Source of the DNA: an uncultured Thermoleophilia bacterium
GTDB taxonomy: Bacteria > Actinomycetota > Thermoleophilia > Gaiellales > Gaiellaceae
Direction of reading: 5' to 3'
Assembly: GCA_963844075.1 (NCBI GenBank)
Contig: CAWJMP010000007.1
Coordinates: forward strand, 48,756 to 112,755
Length of the DNA: 64,000 nucleotides
Shown: piece after piece, positions 22,485 through 31,654 of the stretch
Position numbering within the stretch: position 1 is the stretch's first letter
Layout: each line of letters opens with the position of its first letter
Notes under the pieces: generated by a model
What the model was told of the DNA's origin: nothing
Seen by the model: only the letters and a program-made list of their open reading frames with translations
Database searches by the model: none
Program-made: the position numbers and the translations under genes

Positions 22485-22558
22485 GGTGGCGAACGGGACT
22501 CGAACCCGCGACCACCGGGACCACAACCCGGGGCTCTACCAACTGAGCTACCGCCACC
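22485..22558 (-). tRNA. tRNA-His (anticodon GTG) with encoded G-1
   Basis: An extra 5' G precedes acceptor GTGGCGG. Anticodon arm is CCGGG-TTGTGGT-CCCGG, T-arm GCGGG-TTCGAGT-CCCGT, discriminator C. Confidence 0.9.
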
Positions 22559-22567
22559 GTGCGCCGC

Positions 22568-23218
22568 TCATCGTAGCGGGGTCTCGTCGAGAGACTCACG
22601 GAGCGCGACGAGCGAGTCGAAGACTGCGACTGCACCGTGGTCACGCAGTTCCTGCTCCGACCAGCCGCCGGTGATGACGCACACGGTCTGCAGACCCGCG
22701 TTGGCGGCTGCCTCGATGTCCCATCGCGAGTCGCCGACCATGACGGCATCACTCGTGCCTGCCTTGGCGAGCGCCGCATGGACGACGTCCGGGTGTGGCT
22801 TTGTCCGCTCGACGTCGTCGGAGGTCGTCCAGCCGTCGACCAGCTCGCGCACCTGCAACTCGTCGAGGAAATGCTCGAGATCATCGGTGCTCGCCGACGA
22901 AGCGAGCACGACAACGAGGCCGCGTCGTTTCAGCTCCTCGACGAGGGCGTGGGCGCCCTCGAGCGGCTCGCATTCGTCACGCAGAAGCGCGAACTCCTCG
23001 CCGGAGGCCGAGCGCAGCTCGTCGCCGAGCCTCTGCTCGACCTCATCGCCTGCGACGGCACCGACGAGCTGGTCGCCGCCCATGCCGATGTGGCGATGTA
23101 TCCGCCACATCGGCACGACGATCCCGGAACGGCGAAACGCGCGGTACCACGCGAGCGCGTGCTGGTAGTTGGCATCGACCAGCGTCCCGTCGAGGTCGAG
23201 CAGAGCGGCGGCGCTCAG
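22568..23218 (-). CDS. HAD-superfamily hydrolase (beta-phosphoglucomutase-like subfamily); CTG start
   Basis: This is the C-terminal 216 aa of ORF 22568..24496. LSAAALLDLDGTLVD carries the DxDxT nucleophile motif, followed by VLASSAS and MVGDSRWDIEAA. No ATG, GTG or TTG occurs in frame for about 70 codons upstream of the motif. Confidence 0.8.
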   Translation of the reverse strand: MSAAALLDLDGTLVDANYQHALAWYRAFRRSGIVVPMWRIHRHIGMGGDQLVGAVAGDEVEQRLGDELRSASGEEFALLRDECEPLEGAHALVEELKRRGLVVVLASSASTDDLEHFLDELQVRELVDGWTTSDDVERTKPHPDVVHAALAKAGTSDAVMVGDSRWDIEAAANAGLQTVCVITGGWSEQELRDHGAVAVFDSLVALRESLDETPLR

Positions 23219-23800
23219 GTCGCCGCCTTGCTCTTCTGCCGCTGCTCCGCGTGCTTGCCTTCGGCGAACTCCTCGATCATCTTCGCGTTGAAGGCGGGGA
23301 TGTCGTCGGGCTTGCGGCTCGTGACGAGGCCGCTGTCGACGACGACCTCCTCGTCGACCCAGTTGCCTCCGGCATTGCGAATGTCGGTCTGCAGCGTAGG
23401 CCACGACGTGACCTTGCGATCGCGGACGACCCCGGCCTCGACGAGCACCCACGGCGCGTGACAGATCGCCGCTACCGGCTTGCCGTCGTCGAAGAAGGAC
23501 TGGACGAACGCAACGGCGTTCTCGTCGCCACGCAGCTGATCCGGGTTGCCGACCCCGCCGGGGAGCATCAGCGCGTCGTAGTCGGCCGGGTCGGCCTCTT
23601 CCACCGTCCTGTCGACCTTGATGTCCTCGGCGGGATCGAAGTGGTCGAACGCCTTGATCGTCCCAGGATGAATCGAGATCAGCTCGGTACGCGCGCCGGC
23701 GCTCTCGAGCGCGCGGCGCGGCTCGACGAGCTCGACCCGCTCGACCATGTCGGCCGCGAGAATCGCGACAGTTCTTTCCCTGCAGGCTCTGTTCAGCCAT
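23215..23800 (-). CDS. DJ-1/PfpI family protein; frame interrupted at 23772-23777
   Basis: ATG 23800 has GAGGAGGG upstream and reads MAEQSLQGK. The next frame continues TVAILAADMVERVELVEP...PVAAICHAPWVL (nucleophile-elbow Cys). The two join if one A is removed from GGGAAAGAAC. Confidence 0.85.
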
Positions 23801-23871
23801 CAAGACCCTCCTCGTTGGTTCGGTTTCCAGCCAGGAGGTTCCCGGACCGTGTCCCGGCAAACCGGCGTGGG

Positions 23872-24732
23872 TTACCGCGCGAGCACGGCGACCGTGGCGT
23901 GTGCGGTGCGCGCCTTCGAGCTGACGAAGACCGTCGCCTCGATCCGCTGCGACCCGGCCGAGACGCGCCAGATGCACGTCACAGCACCCCTGGAGAACCG
24001 GCGGAGCAGCACGTGCAACCTGCCGTGGCCGCCCGAGGCCGCGCAGCCGGTGCTTCCCCGGGCGAGCGGCTGGAGGGACGGAGTGAGCACCGCTCGCGCG
24101 TGCACGGCGAGAAGCCCGGACTGCTGCGTGACACGAACCTTCTGGAGCGTGATCCCGGCGTGGGCGGACGGCGGGGACTTCCCGGAAGGTGGGCTCGACG
24201 CGGAGTCGTCCGCGAGGCCGAAATCCTGCGCCCAGACGGGCTCGCCGCCGGCCGACTTGGCCGCCCCGGCGCCGGTGACGACGTAGGCGGGATTCTCGAT
24301 GTTCGCCCGGTGACCGGGCGACTGCAGCCAGGCGGCGAGCACCGCGGCGGGCGTCAGGAAACCCGCGGCGATGTTCTCGCCCCAGCCGCCGTGGTAGCCG
24401 CACGCGACGATGCGGTCGCCTGCGGCGCGCGCCACCGGCGGCGCTGGGTCGTCGTGCGCCATGTAGCCGTAGGTCGCCATGTGACGGGCCTTCCACACGG
24501 CGGAGGCGGTGAGGGCGGGTGACACCTTGAGGGCGCGCAGCCCCAGCGCCGCCCGGTGCTGGTTGACGAGCCGGATCACCTCGTCGGCGAACGCCGCGTT
24601 GGCCGGCCGAAAGTTGGCACCCGGGGTGCAGTCACCGGCGACGGTGGCAGGCAGACCGAGCGGGGCGAGCACCAGGGCCGCGACGCAGGCCGCGAGCAAT
24701 GCTGGGAGAGGCCGAACCACGAGCGGGCCCAC
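23872..24732 (-). CDS. Secreted CAP/SCP (YkwD-like) domain protein with C-terminal extension
   Basis: Intact 286 aa. A signal peptide is followed by LVNQHRAALGLRALKV...MAHDDP...GWGENIA...WLQSPGHRANI. Confidence 0.75.
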   Translation of the reverse strand: MGPLVVRPLPALLAACVAALVLAPLGLPATVAGDCTPGANFRPANAAFADEVIRLVNQHRAALGLRALKVSPALTASAVWKARHMATYGYMAHDDPAPPVARAAGDRIVACGYHGGWGENIAAGFLTPAAVLAAWLQSPGHRANIENPAYVVTGAGAAKSAGGEPVWAQDFGLADDSASSPPSGKSPPSAHAGITLQKVRVTQQSGLLAVHARAVLTPSLQPLARGSTGCAASGGHGRLHVLLRRFSRGAVTCIWRVSAGSQRIEATVFVSSKARTAHATVAVLAR

Positions 24733-24822
24733 CGTACCAGGCCCCTCCGACGGGGCTGCCGGTGCTCTCGCAGGCGCCTGGGCCAGGCGAAATCGGCCGA
24801 AAACGGGAGAGGCGAGCCGAGC

Positions 24823-25266
24823 TCAGGCGTGAACCCGCACCCACGGCATCCAGGCCGCGGGCGGCGGGACCATGAAGCCGAGGTGGGTTCCGTTCGGCAC
24901 GACGAGCCGCCAGCGGCCGACGCGCGGAAGCCGGACGGTCGCCCGCCAGGTGTATCTGCCTGTACGGACGAGCTTGATCTCGAAGCCGTCGCTTGGGATG
25001 CGTGCGTGCGCCAGTGACGAGTCACCGGTGACCGTCCCGACGACGTCGTACCAGCTCTTCCCCGGCGCCACTGCGATCAGCCGAAGCCAGTCGGTCGCCG
25101 GGACGACGTAACCGGTGCGCACATAGACGGCGAACGGCCGGCCGACACGCGGCGTGGCATCGCCCACCTTGACCGAGATGTGTCCTTTCGCGATCGCGGC
25201 CGGGGCCGCGACGGCGCAGAGGCCGAGCACGAGGACGAGGCCGAGCACGAGGACGAGCGCTCTCAT
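24823..25266 (-). CDS. Secreted hypothetical protein
   Basis: The last 147 aa of ORF 24823..25737. It has the signal peptide MRALVLVLGLVLVLGLCAVAAPAAIA and G/C-rich third codon positions. Confidence 0.6.
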   Translation of the reverse strand: MRALVLVLGLVLVLGLCAVAAPAAIAKGHISVKVGDATPRVGRPFAVYVRTGYVVPATDWLRLIAVAPGKSWYDVVGTVTGDSSLAHARIPSDGFEIKLVRTGRYTWRATVRLPRVGRWRLVVPNGTHLGFMVPPPAAWMPWVRVHA

Positions 25267-25319
25267 GGTGTTTCTACGTCTCGGGCGCGCCGGAGGTCCC
25301 AGCCGGCGCGTCCTCGGCG

Positions 25320-25649
25320 CTACGGCAACGGGATGTCCGACCGGGTCCGCGCTTCCGCCCGCTCGGCCTCCGTCAGCTCTGCGGGCCGAACCGGGGTGAC
25401 GAGCGACCAATGTCCGCCGACAGGGCAGCGCTGGTACCGCCACCAGCCCAGTCGAAGCGCCTTGAACGACACGCCCGGGATCCAGAACGTCGTGAACAGG
25501 TGACCCTCGCGGCAGCGGACGATCAGCTTCCCGCCCATCGGGTAGCCACGCAGCTTCATCGCGATCGGCTCGGCGACCACGGACGCGGCTCCGATCAGCC
25601 AGAGCCGCCTCTGTTTCCCGCGTGATCTGCGGCTCTTGTGCCGGCTCAC
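25320..25649 (-). CDS. Hypothetical protein with basic N-terminus, one TM helix and a Cys/His motif
   Basis: GTG 25649 gives VSRHKSRRSRGKQRRLWLIGAASVVAEP...RCREGHLFTTFWIPGVSFKALRLGWWRYQRCPVGGHW. The upstream part of ORF 25320..25925 is only a tRNA read as protein. Confidence 0.5.
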   Translation of the reverse strand: MSRHKSRRSRGKQRRLWLIGAASVVAEPIAMKLRGYPMGGKLIVRCREGHLFTTFWIPGVSFKALRLGWWRYQRCPVGGHWSLVTPVRPAELTEAERAEARTRSDIPLP

Positions 25650-25867
25650 CCGGGTCAGTGTGCCTGCAGCTCGTTCGCGGCGGATGAGGAACCCGTCGGC
25701 ACGATCGTGGCTTCGGCTCAGGCGGTGCGCTCCGCAAGGTGTCGATGCCGCTCTGGCACGGGCAGTCCCGCCTCCGTGAGCGCCCGGTTGCGCTCCGCCG
25801 ACGGCGCTGCGGGCCCGGGGGCTCTCAGGACGGGAGCGGGCGAGGAACCGGCGGACGCCGGTGGAGG

Positions 25868-25939
25868 TGCGCCCGGGAGGATTCGAACCTCCGACCAACG
25901 GCTTAGAAGGCCGCCGCTCTTCCACTGAGCTACGGGCGC
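25868..25939 (-). tRNA. tRNA-Arg (anticodon TCT)
   Basis: Acceptor GCGCCCG/CGGGCGC, anticodon arm GCGGC-CTTCTAA-GCCGT, T-arm GGAGG-TTCGAAT-CCTCC. Confidence 0.9.
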
Positions 25940-25986
25940 GTGCCGTGAGCGTAGCGCCGGTTCTGGCGATAGCCGCGGTGCCGCGA

Positions 25987-27068
25987 CTAGCCCGGCGCGG
26001 GTGGGATCGGTTCCGGCGACGCGACTGGCCCGCGGCGGAGCGCGAGCTGGTCTCGCACGATCACCTGGATCGCCCCGGCGACCGGGAATCGCCGCGAGCG
26101 CGCCGAGAATGCCTGCAAGCTCGGCCCCGACGAGCACCGAGACGAGCACGACGAGCGGCGAGAGCTGGACCGTGCGGCCGTAGATCACCGGCTGGAGGAA
26201 GTGGTTCTCGATCTGCTGGTAGACGATCACGAAGACGACGACGACGATGCCCGCCGGCACCGAGTGCAGGAAGGCGACGATCGTCACGACGATCCCGGCC
26301 ACGGTCGCGCCCGCGAGCGGGATCAGATCGAGGAACGCGACGAGCAGACCGAGCGCGACCGCGTACGGCACGCCCATCACGAGCAGCACGATCGTCATCG
26401 ACGCTCCGGCGATCAGGCTGATCAGGATGTTGCCGGTGACGTAGCCGCCGACCGTCTTGTAGATGTCGTCGCCCACCTTGCCGCCAGCGCTCCTGCGAAT
26501 GCGCGGGAAAGAGCGAGTAGACGCGCTCGACCCATGCTCGACCTTCGAGCAGCATGAAGAAAGTGAGAAAGACGATCGTCACCGTCGCCGCAATGATCGT
26601 GATGATGCTCTTCGTGATCGATACCGCGACGCCGGAAAGCCCGAGCACCTTCTTCGCGCCGCCGGCGTCGACCTGTGCGCGCACCTTCTCGACCACGTGG
26701 TACTTGCGCTCGAGGAACCCGAGCCTGCCTCGGCCGTGCGTCAGGTCGTGCACGTAGTTCGGTAACGCTTGCACGAAGCCGTTGACCTCGTCGATCAGCT
26801 TCGGCACGAACGTCGCGCCGACGGCGGCGACGATGATGAGCACGATCAGATAGGCGATGGCGATCGCGGCGCCGCGCCCGACCCGCCCGCGGCGCTGGAT
26901 CCAGCCGACCAGCGGATCGAGCGCAAGAGCGAGGAACAGCGCGATCACCACCCACGCGAGCACATGCCGCGCGACCCACACCACCTCGAGCGTGACCGCG
27001 ACCGCGAGCACGATCAGCAGCACACGCAAGATCGTGCGAGGACGTAGATCGACCACGCGCTCCGTCAT
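25987..27068 (-). CDS. AI-2E family transporter (PerM/UPF0118); two frame interruptions (about 26480 and 26082-26083)
   Basis: MTERVVDLRPRTILRVLLIVLAV... is in ORF 26061..27509. KVGDDIYKTVGGYVTGNILISL...FLDLIPLAGATVAGIV...QQIENHFLQPVIYGR is in ORF 25718..26476. The tail PVAGAIQVIVRDQLALRRGPVASPEPIPPAPG is in the third frame and ends at TAG 25987-25989. Confidence 0.85.
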
Positions 27069-27116
27069 CACGGGCGTAAGGATCCTCTGCCGATCGGACG
27101 TTGGTACGGTGCCCGC

Positions 27117-27413
27117 GTGAGTCTGCGCTCGGCACCGGTGATCGAGCATGCGACGCTGCCCGGAGGCGGCACGGTCACGGTGTGGGTGGGGATCCCCGAC
27201 GATCCGTACATCAACGACAAGTCGGCGTTGAGGACGGTCGACGTGCAGCTGCACGAGGGAAACGCGGTGCTGGCCTCGCTGTCGACGGTGCTCGAGCCGG
27301 GCCAGGCGAGCGAGGCGCTCGCTCTCGCGCGCGAGGTGAAGGCGGCACTCGAAGCCGGCGAGATCGGCCTGCACGCACACGAGCTCGAGCCGTTCGCCGA
27401 CCGGCTCCGGTAG
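27117..27413 (+). CDS. Hypothetical protein
   Basis: ORF of 98 aa with strong G/C third-position bias. I recognise no family. Confidence 0.55.
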   Translation: MSLRSAPVIEHATLPGGGTVTVWVGIPDDPYINDKSALRTVDVQLHEGNAVLASLSTVLEPGQASEALALAREVKAALEAGEIGLHAHELEPFADRLR

Positions 27414-27452
27414 CGGCGCTCCCCGGAAAAGCGCCACGCTCGGCAGATGGAG

Positions 27453-27525
<73 letters not shown>

Positions 27526-27547
27526 CTGCCGACTAGGTTAGCGAGCG

Positions 27548-28303
27548 GTGCTGCTCGCTCACACGCATTCGCCGTACGCGTGGCAGGCGGACGTCGACAC
27601 CACCGTGGTCGTGCCGGTGCTCTCGCTGCTCTACCTGTTCGCCGTCGGGCGGCTCGGCGCGCCGCGCTGGCGGATCGCCTGCTACGCGGGCTCGATGGCC
27701 CTGCTGGCCGTCGCGTTCTGGACGCCGCTCCATCACCTGGGCCTGCACTACCTGCTCACGGCGCACCTGCTGCAGAACGTGATCCTCGCTGAGTGGGCGC
27801 CGCTGCTGGCCGTCCTCGGCGCGTCGCGCCCGCTGGCCGCATGGCTCGCACGGCTTCGCCTCTGGCGCCTGGCCACGCTTCCCGCCGTCGCCTTGCCGCT
27901 CTGGCTCGGGAACTACTTCATCTGGCACGTGCCTGCCGTGTACGACGCCGCACTGCGCCACCAGGCATGGCTGATCCACCTCGAGCACGGCTGCTACTTC
28001 GCGACGGGGCTCCTCTTCTGGTGGCCGCTCCTTCAGGACGTGCCCCGGCGCCTCGCCTCCGGCGCACGGGCGGCCTATGCGTTCGCGTCGTTCGTCCTCG
28101 CGGCACCGCTCGGGCTCCTGCTGGCCTTGGTCCCCAAGCCAGCGTACGACTTCTACGTGCACGCGCCGCGGCTGTGGGGGCTGTCGCCGCTCGTCGACCA
28201 GCAGATCGCCGGCGTGACGATGGCCGGCGAGCAGGCGATCGTCCTCTTCGTCGTCTTCCTCTACTGGTTCCGCAGGTTCCTCGCCGAGGAGGGCGCTATT
28301 TGA
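27548..28303 (+). CDS. Cytochrome c oxidase assembly factor CtaG-like membrane protein
   Basis: Intact 251 aa and polytopic. HLLQNVILAEWAPLLAVLG...WHVPAVYDAAL...HLEHGCYFATGLLFWWPL are typical of the Caa3-CtaG family. Confidence 0.8.
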   Translation: MLLAHTHSPYAWQADVDTTVVVPVLSLLYLFAVGRLGAPRWRIACYAGSMALLAVAFWTPLHHLGLHYLLTAHLLQNVILAEWAPLLAVLGASRPLAAWLARLRLWRLATLPAVALPLWLGNYFIWHVPAVYDAALRHQAWLIHLEHGCYFATGLLFWWPLLQDVPRRLASGARAAYAFASFVLAAPLGLLLALVPKPAYDFYVHAPRLWGLSPLVDQQIAGVTMAGEQAIVLFVVFLYWFRRFLAEEGAI

Positions 28304-28676
28304 GGCAGCCGGTCACCAGAGCGAGGTCGTTCTCGCTCGGGTGCACGTGCCAGAGCTGAACCGAGTTCTGATCCTGCTGGAGAACGTCGTTGACACCGAC
28401 ATTCTTCGCGGCGAACCTCCGGTAGGCGGCCGCGATGTTGTCGGCGTCGGAGACCGTCGCACCGAAGACGACCGTCACGAAGTTGTGGCTCGTATGAATC
28501 TTCACCGCACCCCCCGTCGCGGTCGAAGCGACAAAATCGAGCGAGCCGCCGAGCCGCACCGGTTTCGAGGCGAGGCACGCCTTGGTCTTCGCGAGGGTGT
28601 AGTTGTGCGGCGAGCTCTTGCCGCACCCGGCTGCGAGGGCCGTAAACGCGATTCCAACGAGGATCATCCGCCTCAC
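28296..28676 (-). CDS. Lipoprotein, function unknown
   Basis: ORF of 126 aa with the lipobox LAAGC in MRRMILVGIAFTALAAGCGK. Confidence 0.7.
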   Translation of the reverse strand: MRRMILVGIAFTALAAGCGKSSPHNYTLAKTKACLASKPVRLGGSLDFVASTATGGAVKIHTSHNFVTVVFGATVSDADNIAAAYRRFAAKNVGVNDVLQQDQNSVQLWHVHPSENDLALVTGCLK

Positions 28677-28731
28677 GGCGCGTCAGTGTACGGGTCGGAT
28701 CGGCCTGTCTCAGCCCGCTATTGTCCCCGCC

Positions 28732-29944
28732 GTGCCCGGAGCCGACCAACGTCTCGAAAGCTATGCGCGCCTTGCAGTCCAGGTCGGGCTGAACCTGCAA
28801 CCGGGTCAGATACTCGCGATCAACGCCTTGATCGAGCATGCGCCGCTGGCGCGCGCGATTGCGCGGGAGGCCTACGGCGCGGGCGCGAAGTACGTCGACG
28901 TCCTCTATTCGGACCAGCATGTGCGGCGCGCCCACATCGAGCTCGCGAGCGAGGATCTCCTCGGATACTCACCGCCCTGGCTGGTGACGCGGCTGCGCGA
29001 GCTCGGCGAGCTGGGCGGCGCGCTGTGTGCGATCACCGGCAACCCGGAGCCGGAGCTGCTCGCCGACCTCGACGGCACCCGCGTCGGCAAAGCGCGGATG
29101 CGAGACGTCGCCGAAGCGTCGCTCAGGCTCACCGACGGCCTTTGCAACTGGACGATCGTCGCCTACCCGAACGCAGGCTGGGCACAGACGGTGTTCGGCG
29201 AGCCCGACGTCGAGCGCCTCTGGAAGGCGGTCGGCCAGGCGGTTCGCCTCGACCAGCCCGACCCGGTGGCCGCCTGGCGGGACCACATCAGCCGGCTCGA
29301 GCAGCGCGGCCGACGACCTGAACGAGCGCCGCTTCGACCACCTGACCTACCGCGGCCCGGGCACCGACCTGATGATCGGCCTCCATCCCGACTCGAACTG
29401 GCAGGCGGCGCTCGACGAGTCGAACGGCATCAAGCACGTCGCCAACATGCCGACGGAAGAGGTTTTCACGACGCCCGACGCGCGGCGTGTCGAGGGGACG
29501 GTGCGCTCAACGTTGCCGCTGCAGATCCAGGGCAACATCGTCCGCGGCCTCGAGGTGCGGTTCGAGGGCGGGCGGGCAGTGGAGGTGCGGGCGGAATCCG
29601 GCGAGGACGTGATGCGCGCGCACATCGCAACCGACGACGGCGCAACCCGGCTCGGCGAGGTGGCGCTCGTCGACGGCCGCTCGGCCGTCGGGAACACGGG
29701 GCTCGTCTTCTACGACACGCTGTTCGACGAGAACGCCTCGTCGCATATCGCCCTGGGTGCGTCGATCCTGCAGGCGCTGCCGTGGGCACCGGCTCTCTCC
29801 CCCGAAGAGCGGCAGGAACGCGGCGTGAACCAGTCGTCGATCCACACCGACTTCATGATCGGCTCCGACGAGCTCGAAGTAGACGGCGTCACCAAAGACG
29901 GCGAAGCGGTCCCCCTCCTGAGAAACGGCGACTGGCAACTCTAA
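28732..29944 (+). CDS. M29 family aminopeptidase (AmpS/PepS-like); frame interrupted at 29308-29309
   Basis: GTG 28732 gives RLESYARLAVQVGLNLQPGQ... in ORF 28603..29958. The C-terminal part is in ORF 29027..29944 (NMPTEEVFTTP...DTLFDENASSHIALG...HTDFMIG). The two join if one G of a GG pair is removed. Confidence 0.88.
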
Positions 29945-29964
29945 GGCAAGCGCAGTAGAGCCGA

Positions 29965-29987
29965 ACGCCCGGGCTGCGCCCGGGCGT
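29965..29987 (+). terminator. GC-rich hairpin 20 nt after the aminopeptidase stop
   Basis: ACGCCCGGG-CTGCG-CCCGGGCGT, a 9-bp perfect stem with no T-tract. Confidence 0.4.
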
Positions 29988-30070
29988 GAGCCCTGAGGCA
30001 GCCGATCACACGCGCACCGCCCTGAGCGAGCCGAACAGCGAGGGCCCCGTGTGCGAGGAAGAAGGGGGCA

Positions 30071-30097
30071 CGCGGGGGAAACCCGGTTTCCCCCGCG
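30071..30097. terminator. Perfect 13-bp inverted repeat between the aminopeptidase and tRNA-Pro (possible bidirectional terminator)
   Basis: CGCGGGGGAAACC-C-GGTTTCCCCCGCG, lying 6 nt from the 3' end of tRNA-Pro. Confidence 0.5.
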
Positions 30098-30102
30098 CTT
30101 GA

Positions 30103-30177
30103 TCGGGACGGTCGGATTCGAACCGACGGCTTCCGCCTCCCAAAGGCGGCGCTCTGACCAGGCTGAGCTACGTCCCG
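30103..30177 (-). tRNA. tRNA-Pro (anticodon TGG)
   Basis: Acceptor CGGGACG/CGTCCCG, anticodon arm CCGCC-TTTGGGA-GGCGG, T-arm GTCGG-TTCGAAT-CCGAC. Confidence 0.9.
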
Positions 30178-30220
30178 TTGCCGGGCAGTGTAGGCCCGCC
30201 GTACAGCTAGCTTCGGGCGA

Positions 30221-31169
30221 ATGAGCGAGGCTCCGTTCCCCGTCAGGCCCGCGCGGCGGCGGCGGCCGCGCCTGGGCTACCTGATGGCGTCGGTTGCGGC
30301 GGTGCTCTGGGGGATCAACGGCGGTGTCTCGAAGACGATCCTTGCGACCGGGCTCTCGTCGGAGCGCCTTGCGCAGGTTCGCTCGCTCGGGGCTGCGCTG
30401 GGGCTCGTCGCGATCCTCGCCTTGACGGCCCCGCGCCGCCTGCGCCTGTCGCGCCGCGAGCTGCCGTACGTCGCCACGTTCGGGATCGGCGGGCTCGCGT
30501 TCGTGCAGTGGTTCTACTTCCTCGCCATCCATCGGCTCGCGATCGGCGTTGCACTGCTGATCGAATACCTCGCGCCGCTCCTGGTCGCGCTCTGGGCCCG
30601 GTTCGTCCAGCACGAGCAGGTGCGCCGGCGCATCTGGGTCGCACTCGCACTGGCGGTGATGGGCCTCGGGCTGATCGTGAACGTCTTCGGCGGCGGGGTG
30701 TCACTCTCGACCGCCGGCGTGATGTTCGCGCTGGGCGGCGCGTTCGCCTATGCGCTCTATGTGCTGCTTGCCGAGCATGTCGTCGGTGATCGCGATCCGG
30801 TGTCCCTGCTCGCCTGGGGCTTTCTCTTCGCCTCGGCGTTCTGGGCCGTGCTCGTGCCGTGGTGGTCGTTCCCGTGGGCGCACCTGACGCAGTCGCAAAC
30901 GCTCGGCGGGCACTTGCACGCCGAGGCCTTGCCGGTGTGGTTGCTGGCCAGCTTGGATGATCGTCCTCGGGACGATCGCGCCGTTCTTCCTGCTCGTGAG
31001 CGCGCTTCGTCATTTGAGCGCGACGACGGTGGGGATCGTGGCGATGCTCGAGCCGGTCGTCGGCGCGCTCGTCGGCTGGGCGTGGCTCGCCGAGAGCCTG
31101 GGCGGCGCTCAGCTCGTCGGCGCCGCAGTCGTGCTGGCGGCGATCGGGCTGGCGCAGACTGCGCGCTGA
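30221..31169 (+). CDS. EamA/DMT family transporter; frame interrupted at 30953-30954
   Basis: About the first 245 aa of ORF 30221..33004 are real (LWGINGGVSKTILATGLSS...). The last TM helices are in ORF 30957..31169 (MIVLGTIAPFFLLVSALRHLSATTVGIVAMLEPVV). The rest of the 927-aa ORF is antisense noise. Confidence 0.85.
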
Positions 31170-31183
31170 GGCACGGCCGACGG

Positions 31184-31625
31184 CTATTCGCGCTCGAGCA
31201 GCGAGCGCAGCTCGGCAAGCTTCTCGCGCCGCAGGTCGTCGCGCTCGCCGCGCTCGACCCGCGTGATCAGGTCGCGGACGAGCGGCGCGAGCTCGACCGG
31301 GTTGAACGGCTTCGTGACGTAGTCGACGCCCCCGAGGTCGATCCCGCGGGCGCGGTCGCGCAGCTCGGCCCGCGCGGTGAGGAACACGATCGGGATCCGC
31401 GCCGGTGCGTTCGTCGTCGAGCAGCTCCTCCGCGACTCGCCAGCCGTCGAGCCCCGGCATCATCACGTCGAGCAGGATCACGTCGGGCAGCTCGGAGCGC
31501 GCCTTCTCGAGACCGGACGGACCGTCGGCCGCCTCGAGCACCTCCATCGCCTCCGCCTCGAGGTTCACCCGGCAAAGCAGCCGGATCGGCGACTCGTCGT
31601 CGATCACCAACACCCGTGTGGCCAT
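31184..31625 (-). CDS. Response regulator, receiver domain plus short coiled-coil tail, no DNA-binding domain; frame interrupted at 31397-31398
   Basis: MATRVLVIDDESPIRLL...PDVILLDVMMPGLDGWRV is in ORF 30315..31625. IPIVFLTARAE...VDYVTKPFNPVEL is in ORF 31184..31387. Confidence 0.85.
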
Positions 31626-31654
31626 TCAGTCCGTTATCCCTCTCTCGGCGAAAC

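Noticed and set aside
22568-24496. A 642-aa ORF spanning the HAD, DJ-1/PfpI and CAP-protein regions.
   Set aside because: Only the last 216 codons (the HAD hydrolase) are homologous to anything. The upstream part is out of frame with the DJ-1/PfpI and CAP-domain genes, which have their own convincing frames.
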